Source: Octopus sinensis (taxonomy: Eukaryota). From it: 64,000 nt of DNA. Shown here piece by piece: positions 12,791 to 26,445 of the stretch (the stretch's first letter is position 1; the number at the start of each line of letters is the position of its first letter). The stretch spans positions 32,922,001 through 32,986,000 of the forward strand of contig NC_043004.1 in assembly GCF_006345805.1 (NCBI RefSeq). The letters run 5' to 3'. Below the pieces are notes generated by a model. It saw only the letters and a list, made by a program, of their open reading frames with translations, did no database searches and was not told where the DNA came from. The translations under genes and the position numbers were made by a program.

Positions 12791-13859
12791 CATCGTTATC
12801 ATACCCAAACCAACGATCTAATCATCCTTCAAGAAACTCTAAAATAGTCACCACAGCGCAGAGTAATAATACTTGTCTCAAGTTTAAGATTAATTACCAT
12901 GAAGATAAGTCACATAAAAATAGCTCCACAACTATTAGTTGCTACAACTATTTGAAAACCGACAGACTATGCAGCCTTTATCGGAAAAAGAATCTCAGAT
13001 TATAAACTGGCCGATCGTTTTTCAGAAATATAGCACCCCACCAACCCGTCATTCCCCTGAAATCGATTTGGCAGTAAACTACAGGTAAACGAAGTATGTG
13101 GAATTTAAATTTAATTTGATGACAATAGTAATTATTACAATTCTCAGCACATCTGACCTTATTCTTCAGAAGATAAAAACCTCTGGCCTGAGCCAGTTTC
13201 ACGTGATGAGCTAATCTTTATGGCTCTGCCACCGTAGATTTATGACAAACAGCCTTTACTTGAAAGATAAAACAAATAATGTGAGAGTTTCTACGCTGAA
13301 GGCGTTGTATACGAATGAAACGTCAAGTTTTGATGTTTGCTGTTCACAGCAAACTGACGATTTTTGTTGCACATTTACTATAATAAAAGATGTCGAGCAT
13401 AATTTAATTTCAGAAAGAAGAGGATTAAATCTCCAGTGAAAAACTAAAGATCAGCCCAGATTAACATCTGTTTTATGCAAAGCATCTATCGACAAAAATA
13501 AAATTGTTAGCCATACGACTGGTGTCAGCTTGTTTCACTCGGAACATCAGCGTTTTTATAACTAGAGACATTACACCATAAACATCTTCACTTTATGGAA
13601 TTCGCGACAGACGCACTAACACATACTGATTAGCCCTTCTGTATTTACAACAAGCCAACCGTGGCCTCTCGATTTGATAGGAATTGCAACAAATCTTCTT
13701 CAGCCACACTAGATTGTCTTAAAATACAGGACAAACACGACACTATGAGCGGCGATACATTATTCCTGAATAGGATATATATATATATATATATATTGTT
13801 ATATTTCGGAATGGTCATATTGCCAGTTTAGCCAAAATCTTGCACAACAAATATTTAAA

Positions 13860-13860
13860 C

Positions 13861-13899
<39 letters not shown>

Positions 13900-14008
13900 C
13901 ATGTATATATATGTATGTATATATATATGTATGTATATATATGTGTATATATATATGTACATATATATATATGTATATATATATGCATATATATATATGT
14001 ATGTATAT

Positions 14009-14049
<41 letters not shown>

Positions 14050-14218
14050 TATATGTATATATATGTATATATATATATGTATATATATATATATGTATAT
14101 ATATATGTATGTATATGTATATATATATATGTATATATATATGTATGTATATATATATATATATATATGTATGTATATATATATGTGTGTATGTATATAT
14201 GTGTATATATATATATAT
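13860..14218. repeat. (TA)n/(TATG)n compound microsatellite
   Basis: Directly visible; source of the YI/IY-rich spurious ORFs. Confidence 0.95.
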
Positions 14219-15619
14219 TGTTGGACATCGTTTGTAACTGGAAGTGTTTGCATCGATATTGTCTAGTGGCGGTATTCGAGGCGAATACCAATTCTATGCT
14301 GTAACCAGTAAAATATTGTTTGACAATATAACGATATACCCACTCTATTGCATATATCAAGTGTTTTTATTTTTGACTTATGGACAAGTAACTGAATTCA
14401 CACACAGACACACACGCTCGTACGTGTGCGCCTGTTTTCATATGAAGTTGTAAAAACAATTTAACATTAAACAGAAGTGGTACTTAATACTTTTAGTGGA
14501 ATATGTTTACTTAACATTTACGAGGCAAAGTTGGCATTGAAGAACACAAGCAAGCCAAAGTTTCGGCTTGATTGTATTCGTCATACCATTCTTTCTTTCA
14601 TACATACATACATACATACATACATACATACATACATACATACATACATACACACATACATACATACATACATACATACACACGCACGCACGCGCCAACG
14701 CACGCATGCACACACACACACACACACCACACACACACACACACACACATGTATATATGTACTGATCAGTACCAACGCATGACGAAAACGCAACAACAAC
14801 AGTAGCGAGTAACACATTTAACTCACTGTGACATTGTGATTATCAAAGTTTTGTTGTATAATATTATATGATAAAATTCTTAAAATGGCCAGTAAATTGG
14901 GAGTAGGAATATGACCAGTAATTACACCCGCTAGGTTGTGTGTTACTTTCTTTTTATTCATAAGCAATGGAGTCAACAACTGAAGAAAAATAAACGTGCA
15001 GACTTTTTTGTGATGATTCCAAACTATCCAAAGTAGGAGAAAGCTTTCGGATCACAGATATGTTGTATGAAGATTATCGCTGTTGTCTAATTTCAAGTTG
15101 GCATTGAACTAACAGACCTGTGATTGAAAGCATTTCAGCTGACCGTATCGTAATTTTCACGGGTATTTCATATCCAGAATAAGAGTATCCAAAGAATCCG
15201 TCCCCATTCAAGATGATAGGGTATAATTCGAGAGAGATGTGGCTGCTAGTTTTAGCAAATGACTCTGTAAAACGGTGATGACAACCAATGATATTTTTGA
15301 CACGTGATACGTGACAGATTTTGAAAAGATCCACCTCCGGTCTTCTTGATACTCCTTATAGACACATTAAAAAATCTGACAGAGAATTTTAAAACTTTGA
15401 CTTATTATTAAAAAATTTTTTTTTCAGTGCTGTCTAAGGACACATTACTCTCTGTTGTAATTAGTAGATTTAAAATCGAATACATATTAATAAATTAGCA
15501 TCCCATTATTTGTTATTCGTATAGGCTAACACGATCTGTCGAACACGTGGTTTCAGCCTTTTTTTGTTTTCTCAATTCTTCTTTTCTTATCAATGTGGCA
15601 ACAACTGTTTATAAAAAGA

Positions 15620-16760
15620 TTATTTCAAAAAGCAAAGTTTGAAGATTGGTGTGGTGAACAATATGGCGTTGTTGACACGGGTGATATAATTCTTTGTATG
15701 TTGCCCGAGGATGTAGTTGTGAGTAGATCATGAAAAGGTTTCTTGACATTAAGCATTATCCCTGGATACAGAACCTGCTGTCGACCACAATGAGTCTGTG
15801 TCCTAACAGCTAAAACAGAAATAATTCCAACAACCAGAAAACATGTTTAAATTGTTGGCAGGACATTCCCATTAAGTAGCTGCAATCTCTTGTATTGTTG
15901 AAGCAGAAAAAAAGGAAAAAGAATGGTGAATTTATTAAAGAATCTTTTGTTAAACCTGCACCACTTTTAGTTGAAGACTTTCATAATAAGGACGCTAATG
16001 TAAAGGGTGTGAATGAGCTGGCAATAAGAAATGTTCTGAAAGGCATTTAGTGCTAACGACAATGATTCACAGGAGCACGTTGATTTTCAAGAATGTAATT
16101 CTCCATAATACCAGAAGTTCACAGTCCAAATCCCTGATTACGTTTACCTGTTCACGTTTACATTCATTTTCTTCTGAACCCTTTCGAAATATAATGGATT
16201 TTTGCTTCCCAATAGGATTCTATTGGAAAGCTAACGCAGGAAATCAAATTCGAGAACATTTAAATCGAAGCAAACTATTTTTTCTGTTAGTCTTGACATC
16301 AGTTCTACTGGCTGTCTTCAGCTCAATAATTTTAAGGTGATTCTTTTCACGAGGAGTTGATTAAGTTAGAGAATTTACCTCAAAACACGTCAGGAAAAGA
16401 CGTAGAGTTTTGGCAGCTATAGCTGGAGGTGTATCTAATATGGTAGGCAAAAATGCTGATTTTATAAATAAAGCAAATTAATTAAAGCTCTTGATCATCT
16501 TGTTTCTTCCTATTGCTTTACTCATCAAGAAGTACTTTTGTTTAAAAGTAGGCTTTGAACATTTCGATGATGTGATGAGAGTTGTAAGAAAGATCGTTAA
16601 TTTGGTAGCTGCCAGAGCTTTACATGAACGGGGATTTGATTAACTTTTAATTAAGGTAAATTAGTTTTTGAAGGTTTACTAATGCAAGATGGTAGAGCCG
16701 GGGACGAATTTGTCGACTGGTTTCTTGAATGTTTAAGTAAAATCAAACTTTTCATGAAGC
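15620..16760 (+). pseudogene. Decayed hAT (Charlie/SPIN, GTF2IRD2/EPM2AIP1-like) transposase
   Basis: Fragments in order: IMKRFLDIKH, GEFIKESFVK..LLVEDFHNKD, EELIKLENLPQNTSGKDV, GGVSNMVGKNADFI, YCFTHQEVL, DDVMRVVRKIVNLVAARALHERGF, RW*SRG. These match hAT motifs (TDGAPAMVG, HCIIHQE, RWLSRG); many stops and frameshifts. Confidence 0.85.
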
Positions 16761-16899
16761 ACAATTTTCTTCATTTTAAATGTTTGTCCTTCTTTTGCGG
16801 ATTTTTCTTTTGTCTGTGAATTCCATATTAAGAATAAAAATAAATAAATATTAGCGATGGAAGTAGTATTAATATCCAAAAGAAATCTTTATATACAGG

Positions 16900-17282
16900 A
16901 TCGGCTGTGTGGTAAGTAGGTTGCTTACCAACCACATGGTTCCGAGTTCAGTCCCACTGCGTGGCACCTTAGGAAAGTGTCTTCTACTATAACTTCGGGC
17001 CGACCAAAGCCTTGTGAGTGGATTTGGTAGACGGAAACTGAAAGAAGCCTGTAGTATATATGTATATGTGTGTGTGTGTTTGTGTGTCTGTGTTTGTCCC
17101 CCCTAGCATCGCTTGACAACCGATGCTGGTGTGTTTACGTCCCCGTAACTTAGCGGTTCGGCAGAAGAGACCGATAAAATAAGTACTAGGCTTACAAAGA
17201 ATAAGTCCTGGGGTCGATTTGCTCGACTAAAGGCGGTGCTCCAGCACGGCCACAATCACATGACTAAAACAAATAAAAGAGA
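16900..17282 (+). mobile_element. SINE family B (CORE-like, OR-type), full length
   Basis: GGCTGTGTGGTAAG head, GGTTCAGTCCC B-box-like, CORE-like GGCACCTTRGGCAAGTGTC, internal (TA/TG)n, tail GTGCTCCAGCAYGGCC...AAAAGAG. Confidence 0.9.
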
Positions 17283-17769
17283 TACAATGTAACGTGAATA
17301 GATTATTAGAACACCGAATGTGGGGGTATTTGTCCTTGCTGGTCGTCTAATGTTGTTTAAAATTACACGCATATATTGTCTGGAAAGAGTACCGGAACTC
17401 CCAGACTTGGTGATTTCAGCTTACTGTGCTACTGTCGCTAATGTCTATTTTTCGATAAGGCTGTAGGCTATTTACAACATCTGTGTCTGAAGAGATACTG
17501 TTGTTCTATATATATATCGCTGGCAGTGATATGCTGTGACCAGATACCTGCTACTGAAGACAGCGTGAGGAAATCACGTGAACTGCTAGTTCCGGCACCT
17601 ATCTCATCTTCTCCGATATAGGTGTGTGCTTTTAAGCACGTGTTTGTATATGAAAGGAGATCTCAGAGTGAATGGCGCTGTATATAGCGTTGGAAAACAT
17701 GTTGTTGTAATGATTGAATTCAATCAGAGTTTTGGGAGTAACCCGTGAGAGTAATCCTGATTTGCTTAC

Positions 17770-17786
17770 GAAAGGTTTCACGTATC
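17770..17786 (-). CDS. Weak candidate 17-nt exon (xYVKPF)
   Basis: Minus strand: CATTACTTTGTTGCTCTTAG|GATACGTGAAACCTTTC|GTAAGC. Phase 1 in, compatible with upstream candidates, but could be chance. Confidence 0.2.
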
Positions 17787-19160
17787 CTAAGAGCAACAAA
17801 GTAATGGCTTATAGAAACCAGCTGTAAGATTCTTCGACAACACACAAAAGTTCTAAATGTCATGATTGTATAGTTTTCTTCTACGTTTATCGAATTTAGA
17901 GTTAGAAAAAGACAATACTATTTATAAAAATAATCTTAATGAAGCAAACCTCACGCTGTATTTCAATGGTTGAATTAAAGCTATTTCGAAACACAGTAAG
18001 TCTACTTCTAATGGAATTCTATTTGGAAGCAAAAATCCATTATATTTCGAAATGATTTAGAACAAAATGAACGCGAACGTGTGAACGTAATCATGAATTC
18101 GGATAGTGAACATGAGAAGATGCTGCGAATTGCATTCCTGAAAACCAATATATTTATGGGAAACATTTGTCGTCAGCACTAAATAATGTAACACCGAACA
18201 AAAGTGGAACAGAAAGAGTATGATGCCATTACATGTCAGAATGTCATATCACTCCCATATACTGCCTTCTCGAAGACAGCAACGGAAAAACCTATAAAAT
18301 CAAAGCAACGTTTTAACATTTTCACTAATTTAAAAAGCCATTCCAACTGTGATCATCCGATGTTTTTTCAGACTGTACCTACAATTTTATTATCGAATGT
18401 GTCCAAGTTATTTTTTTAAACGGTTGGGTGATAATTGAAGCAAATTTAGCTCCTGTTTCTCTCAGATCGAGCGGCCTTATAAAGGTACCATCGTTGATTC
18501 GTGCGTCGTTCTTCTCTAATGGAGGTTCCGTGGATGGTCAAAGACCACAACTGGCACTGATGGTGTAGTCGATTAAATCTACCCATCGTTTAACTGGGGT
18601 GTCATTTTATCGAGTCCTAATTGGAAATCGAACGCATTATTAAATAATGCAAAGTATTATGTTATTAGGGTGCTCTGACATAACGGGATGTATTAACCCC
18701 TACAAGCGAAGATACTTGACAAGCATTTACAGAACTATTGAATAAATAAAAATAATATACTAATGGCGGTGCCCCAGCATGGCCACAGCTCGTGAGCTGA
18801 AAGTAGATGAAATAAAAAAAAAAAAAATATATATAATTAGCAAAATGTAATGTAATGCCGCAGTTAGGTGTAAGGGAGCTAACTTTTGCACCTAACACCC
18901 TCCCCGCAACAAAAAATCCTTTAATTGCACTAAAAATCATGGGAGGCAACTCTTTAACTGAAAACCCGAGGGTACGAATGCTTCAGCGTTCTGTTGTAGA
19001 ATAACTGCTGCACATAATAAGATCGATTTTTACAGCGATAAACAAATAAATGCATGAGAAAATAAATATAACGTTGCAATTGAAAAGAGAAAATGTGGGA
19101 CGTGTTGTTTAAGAAAGATAGTTGGCGGAGGTTATTTTCATTAATTAATTGAATTATTAC

Positions 19161-19212
<52 letters not shown>

Positions 19213-19235
19213 GTTATTGTTGTTGTTGTTGTTGA

Positions 19236-19560
19236 GGCGGTGAGCTTGGCAGAAACGTTAGCACGCCGGGCGAAATGCTTAGAGGTATTTCGTCTGCCGC
19301 TACGTTCTGAGTTCAAATTCCGCCGAGGTCGACTTTGCCTTTCATCCTTTCGGGGTCGATTAAATAAGGACCAGTTACGCACTAGAGTCGATATAATCGA
19401 CTTAAGCCATTTGTCTGTCCTTGTTTGTTCTCTCTGTGTTTAGCCCCTTGTGGGTAGTAAAGAAATAGGTATTTCGCCCGTCGCAACGTTCTGAGTTCAA
19501 ATTCCGTCGAGGTCGACTATGCCTTTCAACCTTTCGTAGTCGACCAGTAAAACATTGGGG
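19236..19560 (+). mobile_element. SINE family A dimer
   Basis: Full unit followed by a second body joined at AAAGAAATAGGTATTTC (about 19460-19477). Confidence 0.85.
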
Positions 19561-19791
19561 GTCGGTGTAATCGGTTAGTCCCATTGCCCCAATTTTCAAG
19601 GTCTTATGCCTTCAACACAAATGATTATTATTATTCCTTCGTAACACAATGTAGGTTAAAATGCACCGGAGTCTTTAGTCATCTGTCAAGTCACAACACT
19701 GACCTCAGACATAATAATAATAATAATGATAATAATAATAATAACAATAACAACAACAAAAACAACAATAATAATATCAATAATAATAATG

Positions 19792-19840
<49 letters not shown>

Positions 19841-19875
19841 TGATAATAATAATAATAATAATTATTATTATGATT

Positions 19876-20100
19876 AAGGTGGCGAGATGGTAGAAATTGT
19901 TGGCACGCCGAGCAAGATGCTTTGCGGCTTTTTCGCCCGTCGCTAGGTTCTGAGTTCAAATTTCGCCGAAGTCGACTTTGCCTGTCATCCTTTTGGGGTC
20001 GATGAAATAAGTACCAGTTGTGCGCTGGTGTTGATGTAAATGACTGCTCCCTCCCCTAAAATTTCAGGCCTTGTACCTGTATTAGAAAGGATTATTATTA
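19876..20100 (+). mobile_element. SINE family A variant with alternative tail (CCCTAAAATTTCAGGCCTTGT...GGATTATT)
   Basis: Same head and core as family A with a different 3' module; follows an (AAT)n array. Confidence 0.8.
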
Positions 20101-20462
20101 ATAGTAAAGCAGCGAGCTGGCAGAATCGTTAGCAACGCTGGACGCAATGCCCAGTGACATTTCTTCCTGCATTTTACGTTCATAAAAATCCTGTCTTGGG
20201 AGGGTCATTACGCCAATGATAATAACACACGCACTGGTTCAATATCACTTCTTTATTGTTAGATAATTAGTTGAATATCTTTTTTTTTTAACTAATCGAC
20301 AAATTGTTTAATGTGCTGGCTAAATAATCGGTTGGTTGTTTGTTAGTCAAAGAGATTCAGAACATACCTTGAAGAGAGAGAGAGAGTGAGAGAGGGGGGG
20401 GCAAGTCATTGAAAAGGACGCGATTGATTGTTTAACCAAGACAATAAACAAATGATTAGTTT

Positions 20463-20852
20463 GGAGTGGCTGCGTGGTAAGCAGCTTGCTTACCAACCAC
20501 ATGGTTCCGGGTTCAGTCCCAATGCGTGGCACCTTGGGCAATTGTCTTCTACTATAGCCTCGGGCCGACCAAATCATTGCGAGTGGATTTGGTAGATGGA
20601 AACCGAAAGAAGCCCGTCGTATATATGTATATATATATGTATATATGTATGTGTCTGTATTTGTTCCCCCAACATCGCTTGACAACCGATGGTGTGTCTA
20701 CGTCCCAGTAACATAGCGGTCCGGCAAAACAGACCGATAGAATAAGTACTAGGCTTACAAAGAATAAGTCCTGGCGTCGATTTGCTCGACTAAAGGCAGT
20801 GCTCCAGTATGGCCGCAGTAAAATGACTGGAACAGGTAAAAGAGTAAAAGAG
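20463..20852 (+). mobile_element. SINE family B, full length
   Basis: High identity to 16900-17282; tandem GTAAAAGA tail. Confidence 0.9.
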
Positions 20853-21902
20853 TTAATTGGTCCAACCAACTGAGTAACAATAAAGAAGTGATATTGGACC
20901 AGTGAGTGTGGTTATTATTATTGGTGGAATGACCCTTCCAAGACACACTAAGATTTGTTTCAGCACACGAATTCACATCCAGAATATTGCAAACCAAACA
21001 CAAAAACTCCATAAAAATATATTTTAAAAACATATGACGTCAATGAAAAAGAATGTGAAATATCTCTTGTTTGTTCAGCACGAATCGACTTCCAGTAATT
21101 CATTAGCGATCTTTAACCTCCTTAAAGTAGTGTCCATGAGGTTAACTTTACTTCTATCTACAATTAACTGCACTTTAAATCGATGTCTTGCAAACAACTT
21201 GCACATGCAAGTGCTACCAGTCAAAAACTCCGCATACCGGAAGCCAGAAAGTGTATGGGGTCATCAGGAGAGAATGCGCGCCGTTTCGGGGCCTACATCT
21301 CAACGGCATCAATGCGCACCGCCCCCCCCCCTCACTGATATGAAGCCCCGCTTGCTAGATCAGCTGGTTATCAAATAAAGCTCAATATTCTTCTAGCCAT
21401 CGCTCATCGTCTCTTTTTAACCAAATCCAGTGGCTAGCCTTCTCCACTGTAGATTGGATATCGGTCATGGTGGTATTGACTTTATGATGAGTTAGGCCTA
21501 ACGATAACAACAGTCATCTCACACTGGGTACAACGAACCCTCTACATAATGCAAGCAATTTCGGCGGAGAGGTTAGATTGATTCCATCGACCCCAGTACG
21601 CAACTGGTACTTAATTTATCGACCTCGAGAGGATGAAAAGCAAAGTCGACCTCGGCCGAATTTGAACTGAGAATGTCGTGACGGACGAAATGCCACTAAG
21701 CTCGGTGTGCTAACAATTCTGCCACCTTATTTCGTATAAATATTGATCTCGTTTTACTAGAAACAAACCCCGTGGCTCTTTCGACTTACATTTTGTTTTA
21801 AACTCAAACCAGAAGATGGCCATCGTCACATCTCACCAGTTTCGTTGTTTCATACTTGTCAATTATTCCTGTTCCGCTATGATATATCAATCATTGTTTA
21901 AA

Positions 21903-22133
21903 AGGCGGCGAGCTGGCAGAAACGTTAGCACGCCGGGCGAAATGCGTAGCCGTATTTCGTCTGCCGTTACGTTCTGGGTTCAAATTCCGCCGAGGTCGAC
22001 TTTGCCTTTCATCCTTTCGGATTCGATAAATTAAGTACCCGTTACTCACAGGGGTTGATGGAATCGACTTATTCTGTTTGTCTGTCCTTGTTTGTCCTCT
22101 CTGTGTTTAGCCCCTTGTGGGTAGTAAAGAAAT
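21903..22133 (+). mobile_element. SINE family A, full length with 21-bp TSD
   Basis: TSD ATATATCAATCATTGTTTAAA at 21882-21902 and 22134-22154. Confidence 0.9.
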
Positions 22134-23114
22134 ATATATCAATCATTGTTTAAATATATATGTTAATTACTTTCATATGTTAATTAGTTCCATATATTAA
22201 TTAATTTCAAGTCTAATTTTTACAGTTAAGACACATTGAAGAGTAAATCGAATCAATGAACGACTCGTTCAATATACTCATTAAGTTCGAAACTAATTGC
22301 TATAAGGCAATTAAGCTTGGCACTGTTCCAAACCAAACATCTCATTCAAAAAGGAACCAGCAAAGAGGAGAGTCGACGTGGTCGCTCGCTGTGCTAGAAA
22401 TAGCTGCCATATTTCACTTAAATCACATCCGACAGTCTTGATGTAGTCCTTGTTTGATGATGATATGAAAGTATGTAGCCTAATGGTTAAGTTATTGAGC
22501 TGGCAACCATGACGTTGAAGGTTCGATTCGTGGATCTTTGACCAAGTCACATCATTTCAACTGCTCAGTGGAAAGAACAAGCCAAGTACTGGTGCAACCC
22601 TTTCTCATTCCATATTGTTGCATCATTTATTCTAGTAGGTCATGGGTGGCAAGCCCGAGACAGTGTCTATGTCTGCTAGAGACAAAGCAATTAACGAAAG
22701 CACATACTGCCAAGACATCCATGATTCCAAGTGATACAGCCGTAGTCAGACAGATGACAGCCGAAATATAAAAACGGGATGGTCACGGATGGAATACCAT
22801 TGATTATAGATCTGTTCAATCAGGGCTGACCAGAAGTTAAACGCCAGCAATAACGTTCGGTGTAAACTACATATTTATCAAACCGTTTCAAAATCGTAGT
22901 CCGATCAGTTTCGGAAGTTTTATTGCAAAATAAAGTGGTTTGATTTTTTCACAGAAACTTTTTAAAAATGTGTTTATAGGCAAAAAGAAATAAAAAAAAT
23001 AACGAGTTGGTTGAGTGATATTTATTGCAACGGAAACACAGTAATGGAATAAAGTAATTAAATTAATTCGCTAATAAAACAATTAGATTAATTACGTAAT
23101 ATAAATCTACTTAC

Positions 23115-23123
23115 TCGTAAAAT
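23115..23123 (-). CDS. Candidate 9-nt microexon
   Basis: Minus strand: TTTCGCTTTCCTTTTCCTCCTGAATAG|ATTTTACGA|GTAAGT; frame-preserving and stop-free in all phases internally. Confidence 0.3.
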
Positions 23124-23318
23124 CTATTCAGGAGGAAAAGGAAAGCGAAATTTCCATAAAGTTGAAAATTGTACATGCGTAAATCCGTTAAGGCGAATAT
23201 CATAGATTGAACAAACTAATTAATGAACACAGAAATTGAATAGAGGACCCCGAGAAAAAGAAATATCAGACGTTTTTATTTTATTGTTTATGTCTGCGAG
23301 TATCAATCATAAACGGAT

Positions 23319-23555
23319 AAATAATATCAATATTTTTAGTGTACTGAGATCCATTGTATCAAATGTGATACAATATGGAACAGGATCTGAGGAATAAACA
23401 GGGCAATATAAGCAATTGTGGGTTATTACTCTAGTCAAATAATATCAATATTTTTAGTGTACTGAGATCCATTGTATCAAATGTGATACAATATAGGAAC
23501 AGGATCTGAGGAATAAACAGGGCAATATAAGCAATTGTGGGTTATTATTCTAGTC
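23319..23555. repeat. Tandem duplication, 2 x about 118 bp
   Basis: Copies at 23319-23436 and 23437-23555 differ by about 2 nt. Confidence 0.95.
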
Positions 23556-24042
23556 TTTCGCGTTTACTTGTTTCAGTCATTGGACTGCGGCCATGCTGGG
23601 GCACCGCCTTGAAAGATTTAGTCGAAAAACTCAATCCCAGGATTTCTTTTTTAGACTCTGCTACTTAAAGTATCTGTCCCTTTTTCTCTACGTTACAAGG
23701 ACATCAACAAATCAACACCGGTTGGAAAATGATGGATTGGGTCAAACACAAAATATAACACAACACACACACGCGTGCACACACACACAACGGGCTTCCA
23801 CACAGTTTCCATCTAACAAATGCACTCACAAGGCTTTCGTTGGCTCAGGGCTATAGTAAAAAGCACTATCCCAAGGTGCCACACAGTGCGATTGAACCAG
23901 AAACTATATCGTTGTCAATCAAACTTCTCAGCCACACAGCCGTGCTTGCTCCTATATTAATCCCAAGGGTCACTTAAATGGCAGTTAGTTTCCCCTGTTT
24001 TCATATCTTAAATTTAGGGACACCGTATTTTAATAGAATGTA

Positions 24043-24190
24043 GGGCCAGTGCTGAAAGCCACGACGTTTCGTATACGAATACGTCTACGTAAACAAAACA
24101 ATCGAAGTCCAGAATTTAGAACCTGCTTTGATCGCATTCTCTTCATTAACGTATTCGTATACGAAAAATCGTCACTTTCAGTGCTGGCTC
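24043..24190. mobile_element. Small MITE-like element with 40-bp imperfect TIRs and TA flanks
   Basis: Arms 24045-24084 and 24149-24188 match at 34/40 as reverse complements; TA on both sides. Confidence 0.55.
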
Positions 24191-24213
24191 TAAATTCCAC
24201 AGAAAATCTATAG

Positions 24214-24583
24214 AGTGGCTGTGTGGTAAGTAGCTTATATACCAACCACATAGTCCCAGGTTCAGTCCCACTGCGTGGCACCTTGGGCAAGTGTCTTCTA
24301 CTATAGCCTCGGGCCAACCAAAGCCTTGTGAGTGGATTTGGTAGACGGAAACTGAAAGAAGCCCGTCGTATATATGTATATATATGCGTGTGTGTGTGTG
24401 TGTTTGTCCCCCTAGCATTGCTTGACAACCGATGCTGGTGTGTTTATGTCCCCGTAACTTAGCGGTTCGCCAAAAGAGACCGATAGAATAAGTACTGGGC
24501 TTACAAAGAATAAGTCCCGGGGTCGAGTTGCTCGATTAAAGGCGGTGCTCCAGCATGGCCGCAGTCAAATGACTGAAACAAGT

Positions 24584-24590
<7 letters not shown>
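24214..24590 (+). mobile_element. SINE family B, full length
   Basis: Same architecture as 16900-17282; ends in (GA)n. Confidence 0.9.
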
Positions 24591-24667
<77 letters not shown>

Positions 24668-24883
24668 ACTTAGATGTATGTGCATACATATACATACATA
24701 CATCTTAATACTTTTCATCATTCCCAAATTCCTTTATTTGTAATTGTTGCTTTCTTTTCTCTCATCTGCCTAATCCATATGACTGCATACTGTCGTTGAG
24801 TAGAAATTAATTATACTTTAACAAGAAAACTATTGACAGTGACCTCGAAGTTTAAGCCAGCTAAGCCATCCTCGGAATGTATG

Positions 24884-24917
<34 letters not shown>

Positions 24918-24923
24918 TGGATG

Positions 24924-24971
<48 letters not shown>

Positions 24972-25271
24972 ATATATCTATATATAATATATACATATAT
25001 ATATGTATGTATATATACATATATACATACATGTATATGCACATATACAGACACTTATACTTCAGGCCCAAAATATGTCGGACTATTTTACTATCAGAAG
25101 CACGAAACTTATAGTAGCTCGCATTTGAAACCCTGTGTATATAAATGATATTTATCTCTCGCTGGTTGGAGTACTTTTTCTTGATTCCACTAATAATGAT
25201 ACATACATACATACATACATACATACATACATACATACATACATACATACATACATACATACATACATACA

Positions 25272-26445
25272 TAGGCTGATAACATCATAAGATTTGAAAG
25301 GCAGCTCCTTGAGCAACACTTTGCCTGATAACCTAGAATACATGCCAAAGAAGCCACACGACTCTACCGCAACATATCATCAGATGAAAGGACGAGCCCG
25401 TATTAGCAGAAAACTATGCATGGATATGTTAGCAGAAAGCTCCGTGATGATAGTAACATCTATCATCAAAACAGTTTATCATGAACCTATAGCCGGATTA
25501 CTACCTCCCTCGTTGAAGGGTATGCGTTTGCAATTCAGGAACAGGAAATATCAACCAAGTACTTGATGCACAAAAGGGATAGAGATGCAGGAAAAGCAAC
25601 CGATGCAGACTTTGTGGAGTTCACACTGAAGATATCCCCCACATCAAAAGCATCACGGTATTATCTACCGATGAGACATGACGTTGTAGCTAGGATACTC
25701 TATAACGAAATCCGCCGGATTGAAAATCCCGAGGACAAAGAAATAAGAACCCACAATATGGTAGAAGCCATAGCCGCTCACAATAAAAAGGAATACTGGG
25801 GGAATGTACCAGTGAAGGCCTCAATAAAATGTAAGCTCAAAAGACCTGATATAATGATTTGGGATAGACAAGAGAAACTGTGCACAGTTGTGGAAATTAG
25901 CTTCCCAACGGATGTTAACATAAAGCTGAAGATCAGTGAAAAAGAGAACACCTATGCCGAACTATTGAGAAATCTGCAGTTTCTCTATCCAGATTACAAG
26001 TTTAGGTTTATACCTGTAATTACTGGCGCTCTGGGACATGAAACACACTGCCTACATATCAATCTTGAGAACTTAGGCTTCTCAAAACCAGAAAGGGGAA
26101 AGTTAATTCGAAGACTATAGATCCAATCCATCACTGGAACTGTAAATATCTGTAAAAATTCCAGAAGTTTATCATTTAAATACATATGATCATGTCTAGA
26201 TATGCAACTATATGCAAGAGAATACATACATCAAACATACAAATCTGCACATACATACATACATACATACATACATACATACATACATACATACATACAT
26301 ACATACGTACGTACGTACATACATACATACATACATACAAAAATACCTTGTTGATGTTGAAATTCCAATGAAGGAGCCTTGGATCTAGGTGAGAAACCGA
26401 TTCTTTCTCTATTGGCAAGAAATCATGAAATAAACTGAATGACAT
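25272..26445 (+). mobile_element. R4/Dong-type LINE 3' portion (zinc-finger/RLE region), decayed, embedded in (TACA)n
   Basis: ORF 25563-26120 has RYYLPMRHDVVARILY...RPDIMIWD...VVEIS...EKENTYAELLRNLQFLYP...IPVITGALG (RHD, PD..E, KxxxY motifs). Flanked by (TACA)n on both sides. Confidence 0.9.

Noticed and set aside
13815-14360. Several overlapping 110-180 aa ORFs (YI/IY/CM-rich)
   Set aside because: Translations of TA/TATG microsatellite; the same applies to 10762-11157, 24811-25272, 60384-61097 and similar.
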